A DNA stretch of 57,261 bases, counting the filler, from Candidatus Woesearchaeota archaeon (GTDB lineage: Archaea; Nanobdellota; Nanobdellia; Woesearchaeales; ARS49), in NCBI GenBank assembly GCA_016188265.1. It is 4 parts of 4 records of this genome, joined end to end, with 100 filler letters (N's around TTAATTAATTAA, not from the genome) between each part and the next. Parts side by side here need not be neighbours in the genome. Positions count along the whole stretch, not along the records: positions 28,336 to 43,385 come from JACPID010000021.1; 3 more parts are not named here. The stretch is one strand, 5' to 3'. The notes below the pieces were generated by a model, which searched no databases, was not told the origin of the DNA, and saw only the letters and a program-made list of their open reading frames with translations. Below are positions 31,132-40,709 of this stretch, in pieces. Numbering within the stretch: position 1 is the first letter of the stretch; each line of letters starts with the position of its first letter. The translations under genes were made by a program, and so were the position numbers.

Positions 31132-32113
31132 CGAGTTCAGAGTGGTCTTTACTAAATTCAGAAAATTCTTTTTGCAGGAATTCTTCAGGAGTTTGTAAAA
31201 ACTTAACTGATGGTTTTAAGGTTATCCTATGAGCAAGCACTGAAATAACAGCATTTGCAATATCTTCAACACTAACTTTTTTTCTTCCAGCAATCAATGA
31301 ATTAGCTTGTGCACGCTCATATAAACCAATAGTTGCGCGAACACTTGGTTTTTTCACCAAGTCTTTATGCTCTCTCAGCAATCTTATAAATAATATTGTT
31401 ACTAATAATAAGTTAGAAGGAAACTGTACACTTGTTTTTTCACCTTTTTCAAGAACAATCTTTTGTTCAATCTCAATGTTTTCAGGATAACTCATATGAA
31501 TAGTATCAAAACGATCAAGAAAAACATCAGACAATTTTTCAGTTGCAGCAGTTTCTTCAGGATTCATTGTTGCAATTAAAATAAAATTTGCAGGAAGATC
31601 AACAGTATAACTGCCTAAAGTTGCTTTTCCTTCTTCTAACACCTGCAACAAACCATTCTGCACTTTTTCAGGGCAACGATTAACTTCATCAAAAAACAAA
31701 ACACCATTATTAGCCTTAAAAATTTTTCCAGGAGTAAAAGCTTCAATACTTGCAGGACCAAATTTCAAAGCCTTAACAGGATCAATATCCCCTATCAAAT
31801 CCTCAGAAGTTAAATCAGGACTGCCTTGAACACGAACAAACAATTCTTCACCAGAAAATTTTTTAGCACTTGGTTTTTTAGTTCTGCAAGAAGGGCATAC
31901 AGGATTATCTGGAGAGCAATGAAATTCACAGTCATTAAGGGTTTGCGGAGGAAAAAGTTTGGCAACATTTTTAGCAAGAGTAGTTTTTCCAACACCAGGA
32001 GGGCCGACAATCAAAACATGCCGATTCATTAAAAGAGCAGACTTTAATTGCTCTTTAGTTCTTTCCTGCCCAATGATATCATTAAATGCTGCTTTGATGA
32101 ATATTTCCTGCAT
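31115..32113 (-). CDS. MoxR/ChlI-like AAA+ ATPase
   Basis: GPPGVGKT, FFDEVNR, ATMNPEE and DRF. Confidence 0.92.
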   Translation of the reverse strand: MQEIFIKAAFNDIIGQERTKEQLKSALLMNRHVLIVGPPGVGKTTLAKNVAKLFPPQTLNDCEFHCSPDNPVCPSCRTKKPSAKKFSGEELFVRVQGSPDLTSEDLIGDIDPVKALKFGPASIEAFTPGKIFKANNGVLFFDEVNRCPEKVQNGLLQVLEEGKATLGSYTVDLPANFILIATMNPEETAATEKLSDVFLDRFDTIHMSYPENIEIEQKIVLEKGEKTSVQFPSNLLLVTILFIRLLREHKDLVKKPSVRATIGLYERAQANSLIAGRKKVSVEDIANAVISVLAHRITLKPSVKFLQTPEEFLQKEFSEFSKDHSELGGGSL

Positions 32114-32151
32114 AAGCTTGCTGAGAAGATGGTAGATTATAAAAAGGTTGC

Positions 32152-32628
32152 TTAAGAAGAATGGTGTTTCTCAATGTGATTTTGGAAATCTTTTCTTAAA
32201 TCTTTGAATTTGTATTTTATTGATGTTTTTATTTTTAATTTTAACAATCCCCAACTTATTAGAAACAATATTATAAAATGCGCTGGAAAAATAACAGAGT
32301 GGAATAATAAACTATAACCAGTAACAATATACCTGATTTGCAATAAAAAAACTGTGATTGTTGTTGCAACTAATGTTTTATGTAAATAATTTAATTTCTC
32401 AAATATTAATATAGAAATAAAAAAGTAAATTGTTCCAAAAATAATCTTGTTGCTAAAATACCCCGGAGGAACACTTAAGCTCCAGTGAGCTTGATGAACA
32501 AGCCAATCAATAAGCGTAAATAATAAAATAATTACAAATGATGCTAAAAACTCAAAAAAAATCTTCTTCCAACTTAATAACCTGGCTGCTCCCATCTGCG
32601 TTGTTCTGGACTGCCCAAAGATTCCCAA
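32152..32628 (-). CDS. Integral membrane protein (start uncertain)
   Basis: About four hydrophobic helices. Confidence 0.65.
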   Translation of the reverse strand: MGIFGQSRTTQMGAARLLSWKKIFFEFLASFVIILLFTLIDWLVHQAHWSLSVPPGYFSNKIIFGTIYFFISILIFEKLNYLHKTLVATTITVFLLQIRYIVTGYSLLFHSVIFPAHFIILFLISWGLLKLKIKTSIKYKFKDLRKDFQNHIEKHHSS

Positions 32629-33040
32629 TCTTCAAGAAGCGAAGGATCAACTTCTCTAGGATCAAGACATGCACCTGCAGAACAAACAGAAGTTAAAACA
32701 GGACAAGGCTTTCTCATCCAAGAAGCTTGCTTGCCATCAACACAATAATATTCTTTAAGATAACAATATCTTCCTTTACACTTATCCACTTCATGGCCTG
32801 TCCAATCCATACAAGTATCAACTCCTTGCAAATTAAATGCTACTGTAGTTCCACGAACATGAGAATCTTTGCCATCATCAGTTTCATAACATTTATACAA
32901 TAATTTATCTTGAACTGTTGAACCTGTTAAATTTGGCGTTAATACAACTAATAAAGATGCAAGAGCAAGAATAACAACTGCTCCTAAAACACTCCACTCA
33001 TTCAATAATTTCTTCATCTTGATAACCTTTTTTTCCATTT
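32574..33040 (-). CDS. Membrane-anchored Cys-rich protein (C..TD.G.....G...D.C....EYYC module); start uncertain
   Basis: TM helix and TG motif followed by CYETDDGKD..VRG...D.C...LKEYYC...C...C..GAC. Confidence 0.75.
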
Positions 33041-33468
33041 TTAAACGGTAAATAACATTGTAATTGATTAGGAGGACAAGGAGGAAAAACATAAGATCCT
33101 TCTTCACTATCAACAGCACAAGACTGAACTGCTTGTTCTCTGGTTTCAGGGCATCTTATCTGTCCATGTTCTGCCATTCTAACAACATCACAACAAACAC
33201 GAACATAAGGATTAACTGCTGGTTCTTTGTAAGGAATAAACCATTTGTCAGTGCTACGAACATATTGCTGTCCTTGAGGCCCTTGATTAGCACCATATCT
33301 ATAATTATTCTCAACACTTTCTTGCATTTCTTTACTTAAAGGCTGTCTAGTAAAAAATTGTGAGCCAATTTTTGTATAATAACCTGTTTTTGCATCAAGC
33401 CCTACAAATAATATGAATAATAAAGACACTACAAGTATTCCTAAACTTGCAAGATAATATTTTTCCAT
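32998..33468 (-). CDS. Secreted/membrane-anchored Cys-containing protein
   Basis: N-terminal TM helix plus TG motif; six Cys in the C-terminal half. Confidence 0.7.
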   Translation of the reverse strand: MEKYYLASLGILVVSLLFILFVGLDAKTGYYTKIGSQFFTRQPLSKEMQESVENNYRYGANQGPQGQQYVRSTDKWFIPYKEPAVNPYVRVCCDVVRMAEHGQIRCPETREQAVQSCAVDSEEGSYVFPPCPPNQLQCYLPFKNGKKGYQDEEIIE

Positions 33469-33794
33469 TATTTTCTTTTTTTCCTTTTTTTTGCTGCTTT
33501 TTTCTTATGAGCTTCTTTATGCGTTAATGCAAGTTTTGTTTTTTTCATTACCTTTTTTGCAAGCCTAGCAGCTTTTTTCGCTTCTTTACTTACTTCAGAC
33601 TTAAAAAAATCTTCAAACCTTTTACTTTCGCTACGAGCTTCACACAAAACACTGCCTAATAGTTTCTTTGCTTCACCAGCCGACAATAATCCTTCTTTTT
33701 GAAGAGATCTAACAACTGCTTCAGCTTCACGTTTTGTATAACTAACGCTTCTTAAACCTAAAGAGCAAGCTTTCTTCAACCATTCTAATAACAT
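33468..33794 (-). CDS. Phasin-like protein with Lys/Ala-rich tail
   Basis: GL......E..V..L..EG.LS..EAK.L pattern, directly downstream of the ubiB-like gene; GAGGTGA SD. Confidence 0.75.
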   Translation of the reverse strand: MLLEWLKKACSLGLRSVSYTKREAEAVVRSLQKEGLLSAGEAKKLLGSVLCEARSESKRFEDFFKSEVSKEAKKAARLAKKVMKKTKLALTHKEAHKKKAAKKRKKRK

Positions 33795-33874
33795 TAAACT
33801 CTCACCTCGTTTAACAACATTAAATCATGTTTTTACCTATATAAATCTTCCTGTTTCTTTCTTGGATTTGTAAT

Positions 33875-35551
33875 TTATTCTCTTCTATGCCTATCATAAG
33901 GTGTTCTGCCTTCAATAAAAATCGAGATGCCAAGAGATATAAGAAATAATGTTGCAATAGAAAGACAAATAATTGTGAAAAAAGAATAACCTGCATATTT
34001 AGGAGGAAGATCAACAAACAATGCTCCGGCAATAACAAGAGCAGCAATAACAATTGCATAAGACAACCTGTTGCTGCTTAAATTAATATCCATTCCTAAA
34101 TGCCTTATATCTGCATCTTTAAAATCAAAAGTTAACCTGCCAGACTTTATTTTTTCAATAAGCTCAAAAGCTTCTCTAGGAAGTTCTGAAAGCGAATCAG
34201 CAATTTCTCTGGATTTTTTAACAAATTGCTGAACAATTTTTCTTGGACTTTTTTCACGCTTTAAAACTTCCAACATTTTTGGGCGTGCAGCTTCAATAAA
34301 ATTAAATCCAGGAACAAGCTCAACACAAGTTCCCTCAACAGTCATGAATGATTTTCCATATAAAACAATATCAACAGGAACACTCATTTTATTTTTTACA
34401 CAAGTATTAATAATAAAATACATTATCTGAGTAATTCTTGCATTTTTTGCATCATACCATTCATTTAAAATACCTTCAACATCTTGCTGTAATGCAGAAA
34501 GACTGGTTTTTTCAGAAGGAGTTGCAAATGAAACAAGTATTTTCATGATTTCATCAATATCTCTATTAATAACAGCAACAAACAAGTTCAACCCATCAAT
34601 TTTTTGCTTTCTAGTTAAAGTTCCAACAATACCAAAATCAAGCATTGCAATTTTATTACTCTCTAAAACAAGAATATTGCCAGGATGAAGATCTGCATGA
34701 AAAATACCATGATCAAAAACCTGGCTAATAGAAACATCAACAATTGTTTGAGCTATTTTCTTCTTATCAAAATCTTTATACTTTAAAATATCCTTCAACT
34801 TTATACCTTTAATATGCTCCATTGTTAAAACATTATTTGTAGAATACTGCCAATACAATTTTGGAATAACTACTCTTTCATCACCTTCAAACGAGTGATA
34901 AAAACGATCAATATTTCTGCCTTCAAACAACAAATCAAGCTCATTTTTTGTGTAACGCTCAAATTCCTTAACAATCATCAATGGAGAAATATGATCTTTG
35001 TAATATTTTTCAAGCCTATGAGCAATAAAATACATAATATCAATATCACTTTCAAAATCTCTTTTAGCATTAGGCCTTTTAATTTTAACAACAACATGCT
35101 TTTTATTATGAAGCAGAGCCTTGTAGACTTGCGCTATACTTGCAGAACCTAAAGGTTTTGTATCAAATCCAGCAAACAAGTCTTCAACACGCTTTCCAAA
35201 ATCTTCTTCAATAACTTTTCTAATTTGTTCAAATGAAACAGGCGGTAAATTATCTCTCAAAGATCTTAAAGCATCAGTGTACTCATGAGGAACAAGATCA
35301 GGTCTAACACTAAGCAACTGTCCTAATTTAATAAAAGCTCCTCCAAGCTCTTCAAACACAGCACGGATCTTATCAGGAAGATCTTTAGGCAAATCATAAA
35401 CCTTTAAAGGAACCTTTTTAGTAAAAGGCAAATGAGACTTTAAACCAACATCATAAATAATTTTACCTAAACCATGCTTCCACAATACACGAACAATCTG
35501 TGTTGTTCTTTTCAAATCACGAAATTTAGATGCCATAACTCTTTTTAGCAT
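33875..35551 (-). CDS. ubiB: ABC1/UbiB-family atypical kinase
   Basis: IKLGQ.LS.RPD, ASIAQV, VVKIKRP, FHADLHPGN, DFG and two C-terminal TM helices. Confidence 0.93.
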   Translation of the reverse strand: MLKRVMASKFRDLKRTTQIVRVLWKHGLGKIIYDVGLKSHLPFTKKVPLKVYDLPKDLPDKIRAVFEELGGAFIKLGQLLSVRPDLVPHEYTDALRSLRDNLPPVSFEQIRKVIEEDFGKRVEDLFAGFDTKPLGSASIAQVYKALLHNKKHVVVKIKRPNAKRDFESDIDIMYFIAHRLEKYYKDHISPLMIVKEFERYTKNELDLLFEGRNIDRFYHSFEGDERVVIPKLYWQYSTNNVLTMEHIKGIKLKDILKYKDFDKKKIAQTIVDVSISQVFDHGIFHADLHPGNILVLESNKIAMLDFGIVGTLTRKQKIDGLNLFVAVINRDIDEIMKILVSFATPSEKTSLSALQQDVEGILNEWYDAKNARITQIMYFIINTCVKNKMSVPVDIVLYGKSFMTVEGTCVELVPGFNFIEAARPKMLEVLKREKSPRKIVQQFVKKSREIADSLSELPREAFELIEKIKSGRLTFDFKDADIRHLGMDINLSSNRLSYAIVIAALVIAGALFVDLPPKYAGYSFFTIICLSIATLFLISLGISIFIEGRTPYDRHRRE

Positions 35552-35616
35552 ATATTGATTTTTCTAGTTTATTAATTTTTTTATATCTTCATTAAATTGG
35601 CAAGAAATAAATATTT

Positions 35617-35729
35617 TGAAACGTCAGAAATCGCCACTTGCAATCTCCCTGCTTCAGCTCGGAGTAAGAGGGCGATTTCTGAGCGTGATCAAGAACACGT
35701 CCCGGGCTTTGGCCCGGCGGTTCTTGACA
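35617..35729. mobile_element. Modular palindromic element, copy 2
   Basis: TGAAACGTCAGAAATCGCC...GGCGATTTCTGAGCG followed by TGATCAAGAAC..CCGGGC TTTG GCCCGG..GTTCTTGACA. Confidence 0.8.
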
Positions 35730-35785
35730 TAAAAGATTGTGTTTTTGCAAAAGCTTATTAAAACATTACTTTCTTCAATAAATGT

Positions 35786-37948
35786 ATGACAGAACTTATC
35801 ATTACAGAAAAGCCTGCTGCAGCAAAAAAAATAGCTACAGCATTAGCTGATGGAAAACCTATTCAAGAAAAGTATAAAGGGGTTGCTTATTATTCTTTAA
35901 CTCACAACAAAAAAGATATTATTGTTGGTTGTGCTGTAGGCCACTTGTTTGGATTGGAAGAAAAAGAAAAGAAAAAAGGATTTGCATATCCTACTTTTGA
36001 TATTGAATGGAAGCCAACATTTGAAATAAGCAAATTTGCTGCTTTTTCTAAAAAATATTATGAAACTTTAAAACAATTAGCAAAAAAAGCAGATAAATTT
36101 ACTGTTGCTTGTGATTATGATGTTGAAGGAGAAGTTATAGGATTAAACATTATTCGTTTTATCTGCAAACAAAAAGATGCTCGAAGAATGAAGTTTTCAA
36201 CACTTACAACTCCAGATTTGTTAAAAGCATATGAAACAGTATCGCAAGAAATTGATTGGGGACAGGCTGAAGCAGGAGAAACAAGGCACTATCTTGACTT
36301 TTTTTATGGTATTAATATTTCCAGAGCTCTAACTTCTGCAATTAAAAAAGCAGGAATGTTCAAGATACTAAGCACAGGCCGTGTTCAAGGACCTACGCTA
36401 AAAATCATTGTTGATAGAGAAAAAGAAATTAAAGAATTTAAACCAACGCCTTTCTGGCAGTTAGAACTTACCACACAAGCAAATAACACCATCTTAATAG
36501 CACTCCATGAACAAGATAAGTTCTGGGAAGAAAACCGAGTAAAAAATATTTACAATTCAATAAAAGAAGAAAAAAGAACTTTTGTTGAAAAGCTTGAAAA
36601 AACATCCTTTAAACAAAATCCTCCAACACCTTTTGATCTAACAACTTTGCAAACAGAAGCATATAGGTGTTTTGGAATAAAACCAAAAACAACACTGGAT
36701 ATAGCGCAAGACCTTTACACTTCAGGATCTATTTCTTATCCAAGAACAAGCTCTCAACAACTGCCAGAAGCAATAGGATTTGTGAACATTTTACGGCAAT
36801 TAAGCAAAAATAAAAACTATAAAGAGCTTGCACAAGAATTACTTAAAAAAAAAATCTTTATGCCAGCTAATGGAAAAAAAACAGATCCAGCACATCCAGC
36901 GATTTATCCTACTGGAATACAACCAAAATCATTAGAAGAATATAAATCAAAAATTTATGATATTATTGTTAAAAGATTTTTAGCAACTTTTGCAGATTCA
37001 GCTATAAGAGAAACATCTAAAATTATTTTTTCAGTTAAAAAAGAAAAGTTTATTACAAAAGGATCGCGCACCACAACTAAAGGCTGGCACACTTTTTATG
37101 AGCCTTATGTAAAACTAGAAGAAGTAGAACTTCCTCCACTTAAAGAAAAACAAGAACTTGATATTAAAAAAATAAGTTTGTTATCTAAAGAGACACAACC
37201 TCCAAAAAGATATACGCCTTCATCCATTATAAGAGAATTAGAAAAAAGATCTCTTGGAACTAAAGCAACAAGACCTGCTATAATAGAAACACTTGTTCAA
37301 AGAAATTATGTAACGGGAGAGGCACTGCAAGCCACTGATTTAGGCATTCACATAATACAAATTCTAGAAAAATATTCTCCAAAAATTATTGATGAAGAAC
37401 TCACCCGTCATTTTGAATTAGACATGGATTATATTCGCGAAGGCAAACGCCATAGAGAAGAAGTGTTAAAAGAAGCAAAACAAGTTCTTACAGAAATACT
37501 TCACGAATTCAAGCACAAAGAAAAAGAAGTCGGTGAAGGGCTTAAAACAACTTTTTCAGAAACAAAAATAGCACTTACAAGTGTAGGCCAATGTATGATT
37601 TGTAAAAAAGGACAACTTGTTTTAAAAAGAGGAAAATTTGGACAATTTATTGCATGCGATCAATATCCTGAGTGTAAAACAATATTCAAAATTCCATCAG
37701 CACTAATACAGCCTATTGATAAAATATGCGAGCACTGCCAATACCCAAAAATTTTAGTAATAAAAAAAGCAAAAAGACCTCAAGAAATATGCATTAATCC
37801 AGACTGTTCAACCAAAAAAACTGATATAATTGATGAAGGAAAAGAATGCACAAAATGTGGCAAAGGAAAACTAGTTGTTAAAAAAGGAATTTATGGAAGC
37901 TTTCTTGCATGCTCAGAATTTCCAAAATGCAAGTTTATAAAAAAATAA
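35786..37948 (+). CDS. topA: DNA topoisomerase I (type IA)
   Basis: TEKP, D.DVEGE, GRVQ.P, ISYPRT, AHPAIYPT, GTKATR and C-terminal zinc ribbons. Confidence 0.96.
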   Translation: MTELIITEKPAAAKKIATALADGKPIQEKYKGVAYYSLTHNKKDIIVGCAVGHLFGLEEKEKKKGFAYPTFDIEWKPTFEISKFAAFSKKYYETLKQLAKKADKFTVACDYDVEGEVIGLNIIRFICKQKDARRMKFSTLTTPDLLKAYETVSQEIDWGQAEAGETRHYLDFFYGINISRALTSAIKKAGMFKILSTGRVQGPTLKIIVDREKEIKEFKPTPFWQLELTTQANNTILIALHEQDKFWEENRVKNIYNSIKEEKRTFVEKLEKTSFKQNPPTPFDLTTLQTEAYRCFGIKPKTTLDIAQDLYTSGSISYPRTSSQQLPEAIGFVNILRQLSKNKNYKELAQELLKKKIFMPANGKKTDPAHPAIYPTGIQPKSLEEYKSKIYDIIVKRFLATFADSAIRETSKIIFSVKKEKFITKGSRTTTKGWHTFYEPYVKLEEVELPPLKEKQELDIKKISLLSKETQPPKRYTPSSIIRELEKRSLGTKATRPAIIETLVQRNYVTGEALQATDLGIHIIQILEKYSPKIIDEELTRHFELDMDYIREGKRHREEVLKEAKQVLTEILHEFKHKEKEVGEGLKTTFSETKIALTSVGQCMICKKGQLVLKRGKFGQFIACDQYPECKTIFKIPSALIQPIDKICEHCQYPKILVIKKAKRPQEICINPDCSTKKTDIIDEGKECTKCGKGKLVVKKGIYGSFLACSEFPKCKFIKK

Positions 37949-37952
37949 AGTA

Positions 37953-38696
37953 CTAATAAAACTTATTATACAATTCAATATATTTTTTTAACAATTCACC
38001 ATTACTAAGAATTAATCCTTCGTTATCTCTTAAAAGTGTAATCTCATTTCTTTCTATTATTAATTGAAATTCATCATTTATTTTATACGTTCTAGCCACC
38101 AGTTCATCATTCCTGTATTCTTCTTCGATAATGCCTATTTTTCCAGGATTTATCTTTTTTCTTTTAATTGAATCAACATCTTTTCCTTTATTCAAAAAAA
38201 TTATTTTTCCACGATCAATAATTGTTGGTCCTGGAGGTTGATAATATAATCCCATAAAACCACACATAGAACTACCTGAAGAACGATATTCAGCAAATTC
38301 CTCAAAACCATTTTTTTGAATATCCAACACTTCTAAAACCTTGCTAAATTCTTCAGGCCTAATAAGCATATGATTTTGTTTTTCTTTATGAGAAAAAAAT
38401 CTACCAGTCCTTCCTTTACTTAATACTATCCCATGTATAGAACTAGATTTTAAAGGTTCAAATACGTGTTCTCTATGAATTAATCCTTTTTCAAAGAAAA
38501 TATCTGAAGAAATTGGTTTTTGATAAAATTCTGCTTGCAATTCATAGCCTGAAAAAACGTACTTAGCATTATACCGTATTTGATAGACCTGGCCAACTTC
38601 ATTATTATCTTTAAAAAGTAAAAGATGCTTTTTAAGAACTAAATCTTCAAGATTATCTAAAGCAAAAGTTTCATCCACTGGCTTTGTTTTTAGCAT
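37953..38696 (-). CDS. Hypothetical protein
   Basis: 247-aa ORF. Confidence 0.65.
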   Translation of the reverse strand: MLKTKPVDETFALDNLEDLVLKKHLLLFKDNNEVGQVYQIRYNAKYVFSGYELQAEFYQKPISSDIFFEKGLIHREHVFEPLKSSSIHGIVLSKGRTGRFFSHKEKQNHMLIRPEEFSKVLEVLDIQKNGFEEFAEYRSSGSSMCGFMGLYYQPPGPTIIDRGKIIFLNKGKDVDSIKRKKINPGKIGIIEEEYRNDELVARTYKINDEFQLIIERNEITLLRDNEGLILSNGELLKKYIELYNKFY

Positions 38697-38782
38697 TAAA
38701 GAATAAAATCTTATTTTGTTTTATAATACTTTATGATAAAATTATTCTTATGAGAATAAATTAAGTGTTAAAATTAAGTGTT

Positions 38783-38824
38783 AAAAAAAACCCTTGCAAG
38801 CACCCCGAAAGATGCCTGCGAGGG
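38783..38824 (-). terminator. GC hairpin plus T8 tract
   Basis: Minus strand reads CCCTCGCAGGCATCT-TTCG-GGGTGCTTGCAAGGG-TTTTTTTT. Confidence 0.65.
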
Positions 38825-39007
38825 AAAAAGAGGTGATATTGAAATTTATTGTATAGTATATTAAAATTAAATCCCCCTTCTAATGACCTCTTGTAATTAG
38901 TAGAAAACAACTAGTATTTAAATCTTTTGTTTTTGATCCTACTTAGGAGTGGTGAATTGAAGTTTAGTGTCGAAACTTTTAAGAATGATCTTTATTACCT
39001 TTAAATT

Positions 39008-39514
39008 ATGCTTGATAAATCAAGTGATAAATTATGCCAGAAATGCAGAAAACAAGCAAATATAAGTTTTAATTATCAAGGAAACTATTGTAAAAATTGT
39101 TTTATACATATATTTGAGAAACGCGCTAGAAAAGAATTAAAACAATTAAATACAAAACAAATAATACTATTAGATGATGGAAGTATAGAAACAGAAGTAA
39201 TTTTTTCAATACTTAAACAAATCAAAGGATTAAATATAACAAAAGATTCAAAAAAAGGCATCAGGGCAACAAGCGCAGATATTCTTACAGCAACATTTTT
39301 AGAGCAACTATTTACTGGACAATACATAGGAAAACAAGATATACTTTTAAATTCAGTATCTCAAGAAGAAATATTGATGTATGCAGCAATAAAAGGAATA
39401 AAAGGAAAAATCCAACATCACCCTTTATTAGATGCGGTTAAGCAATTAGAACAAAAATATCCTGGAAGCACATTCTCAACAGCAAAAAGCATACATGAAC
39501 TGCAAGAATTGTAA
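39008..39514 (+). CDS. Degenerate TtuA/Ctu-like protein (N-terminal zinc finger, no PP-loop)
   Basis: CxxC...CxxCF...FEKR, EI..YA and LE.KYPG; SGGKDS is absent. Confidence 0.6.
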   Translation: MLDKSSDKLCQKCRKQANISFNYQGNYCKNCFIHIFEKRARKELKQLNTKQIILLDDGSIETEVIFSILKQIKGLNITKDSKKGIRATSADILTATFLEQLFTGQYIGKQDILLNSVSQEEILMYAAIKGIKGKIQHHPLLDAVKQLEQKYPGSTFSTAKSIHELQEL

Positions 39515-39516
39515 TT

Positions 39517-40413
39517 ATGAAAAAAATAATCTTAATAATATTAATCATACTTGCAGCGTGCACTACAAGCAATAATTCAGGCACAATAAAAATTCATTTT
39601 TGCGGATTAGAAGATTGTTCTAGAATATACTTACAAACAATAATGCCGGCTAATGAAATAAACTGTGCTCTTTATAATCTGAACAATCCTGAAATTATTC
39701 AATTGCTTAAACTAAAAAATGCTAAAATATTTACTGAACATGAAACATACAAAAAAATCAATCACGTACTTCCTGTAAAGTATAATTATAAAAAATCTTT
39801 AATGCATAATAAGTTCTGTATATTTGATAAAAAAATAGTAATAACTGGAAGCTACAACCCGACACAGAAAAAATATTATGACAATATTCTGCTTATTAAT
39901 TCGCCAGTTATTGCAAATAATTATTTAAAAGAATTCCAAGAACTTTATTATGATCAAAGTGTTAAACGCACACCACAACCACTAATTTATTTTAATTCAA
40001 CAATAATAGAAAACTATTTTTGTCCTGAAGATAACTGCAAACAACATATCATCAATGTATTAGAAAAAGCAAACAATAGCATATATTTCATGGTTTCATC
40101 ATTTACTGACAAAGAAATAGCGCAAATTCTCAATGAAAAATCAAAAAAAATAATAGTCAAAGGATTAATGGATGATTTGCAAGCTCAAAACAAATGGAGC
40201 GTTTATGATGCAATAAAAAATTTCACAAAGCTAATTTCTTCTCTTCATAATAAAGTCTTAATAATAGATAATAATATGGTAATAACTGGAAGCTACAATC
40301 CTACAAAAAATGCAGATGAAAAAAATGATGAAAACATATTAATTATTCATGACCCTGAGATTGCTAAAACATATCTGAGAGAGTATAATAGAATATATTC
40401 TTTGAATAATTAA
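39517..40413 (+). CDS. Phospholipase D/nuclease family lipoprotein with two HKD motifs
   Basis: LAAC lipobox; HNKFCIFD...TGSYN and HNKVLIID...TGSYN. Confidence 0.9.
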   Translation: MKKIILIILIILAACTTSNNSGTIKIHFCGLEDCSRIYLQTIMPANEINCALYNLNNPEIIQLLKLKNAKIFTEHETYKKINHVLPVKYNYKKSLMHNKFCIFDKKIVITGSYNPTQKKYYDNILLINSPVIANNYLKEFQELYYDQSVKRTPQPLIYFNSTIIENYFCPEDNCKQHIINVLEKANNSIYFMVSSFTDKEIAQILNEKSKKIIVKGLMDDLQAQNKWSVYDAIKNFTKLISSLHNKVLIIDNNMVITGSYNPTKNADEKNDENILIIHDPEIAKTYLREYNRIYSLNN

Positions 40414-40709
40414 TCTGAAGGCCCTACTAATACAACTTTATTAACAAATTCTTTAGTAAATATTGGTTTTTCAATATTATTCAAATAATATTCAAAAAAT
40501 TTTTTATAATTCATTAATTTAACATGATTTATTAAAATAATTGCTTCTTTTTTATTGTTTTCAAGATGCTTTTTAATAGCATTTATGTTTTCATCATCTT
40601 CTGTTTTATTTATTTTAGAATTAGATATAATAAGAGCAGGTCTTTGCTTGCTTCCTGTCAAGTCAGAATAAGGGAAAGGCACAAGCACAATATCTTTCTG
40701 CTCATACAT
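40410..40709 (-). pseudogene. Chimeric ORF: PemK/MazF toxin N-terminus (about 38 aa) fused to an unrelated tail
   Basis: DIVLVPFPYSDLTGSKQRPALIISN; the rest of the MazF fold is missing. Confidence 0.75.
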
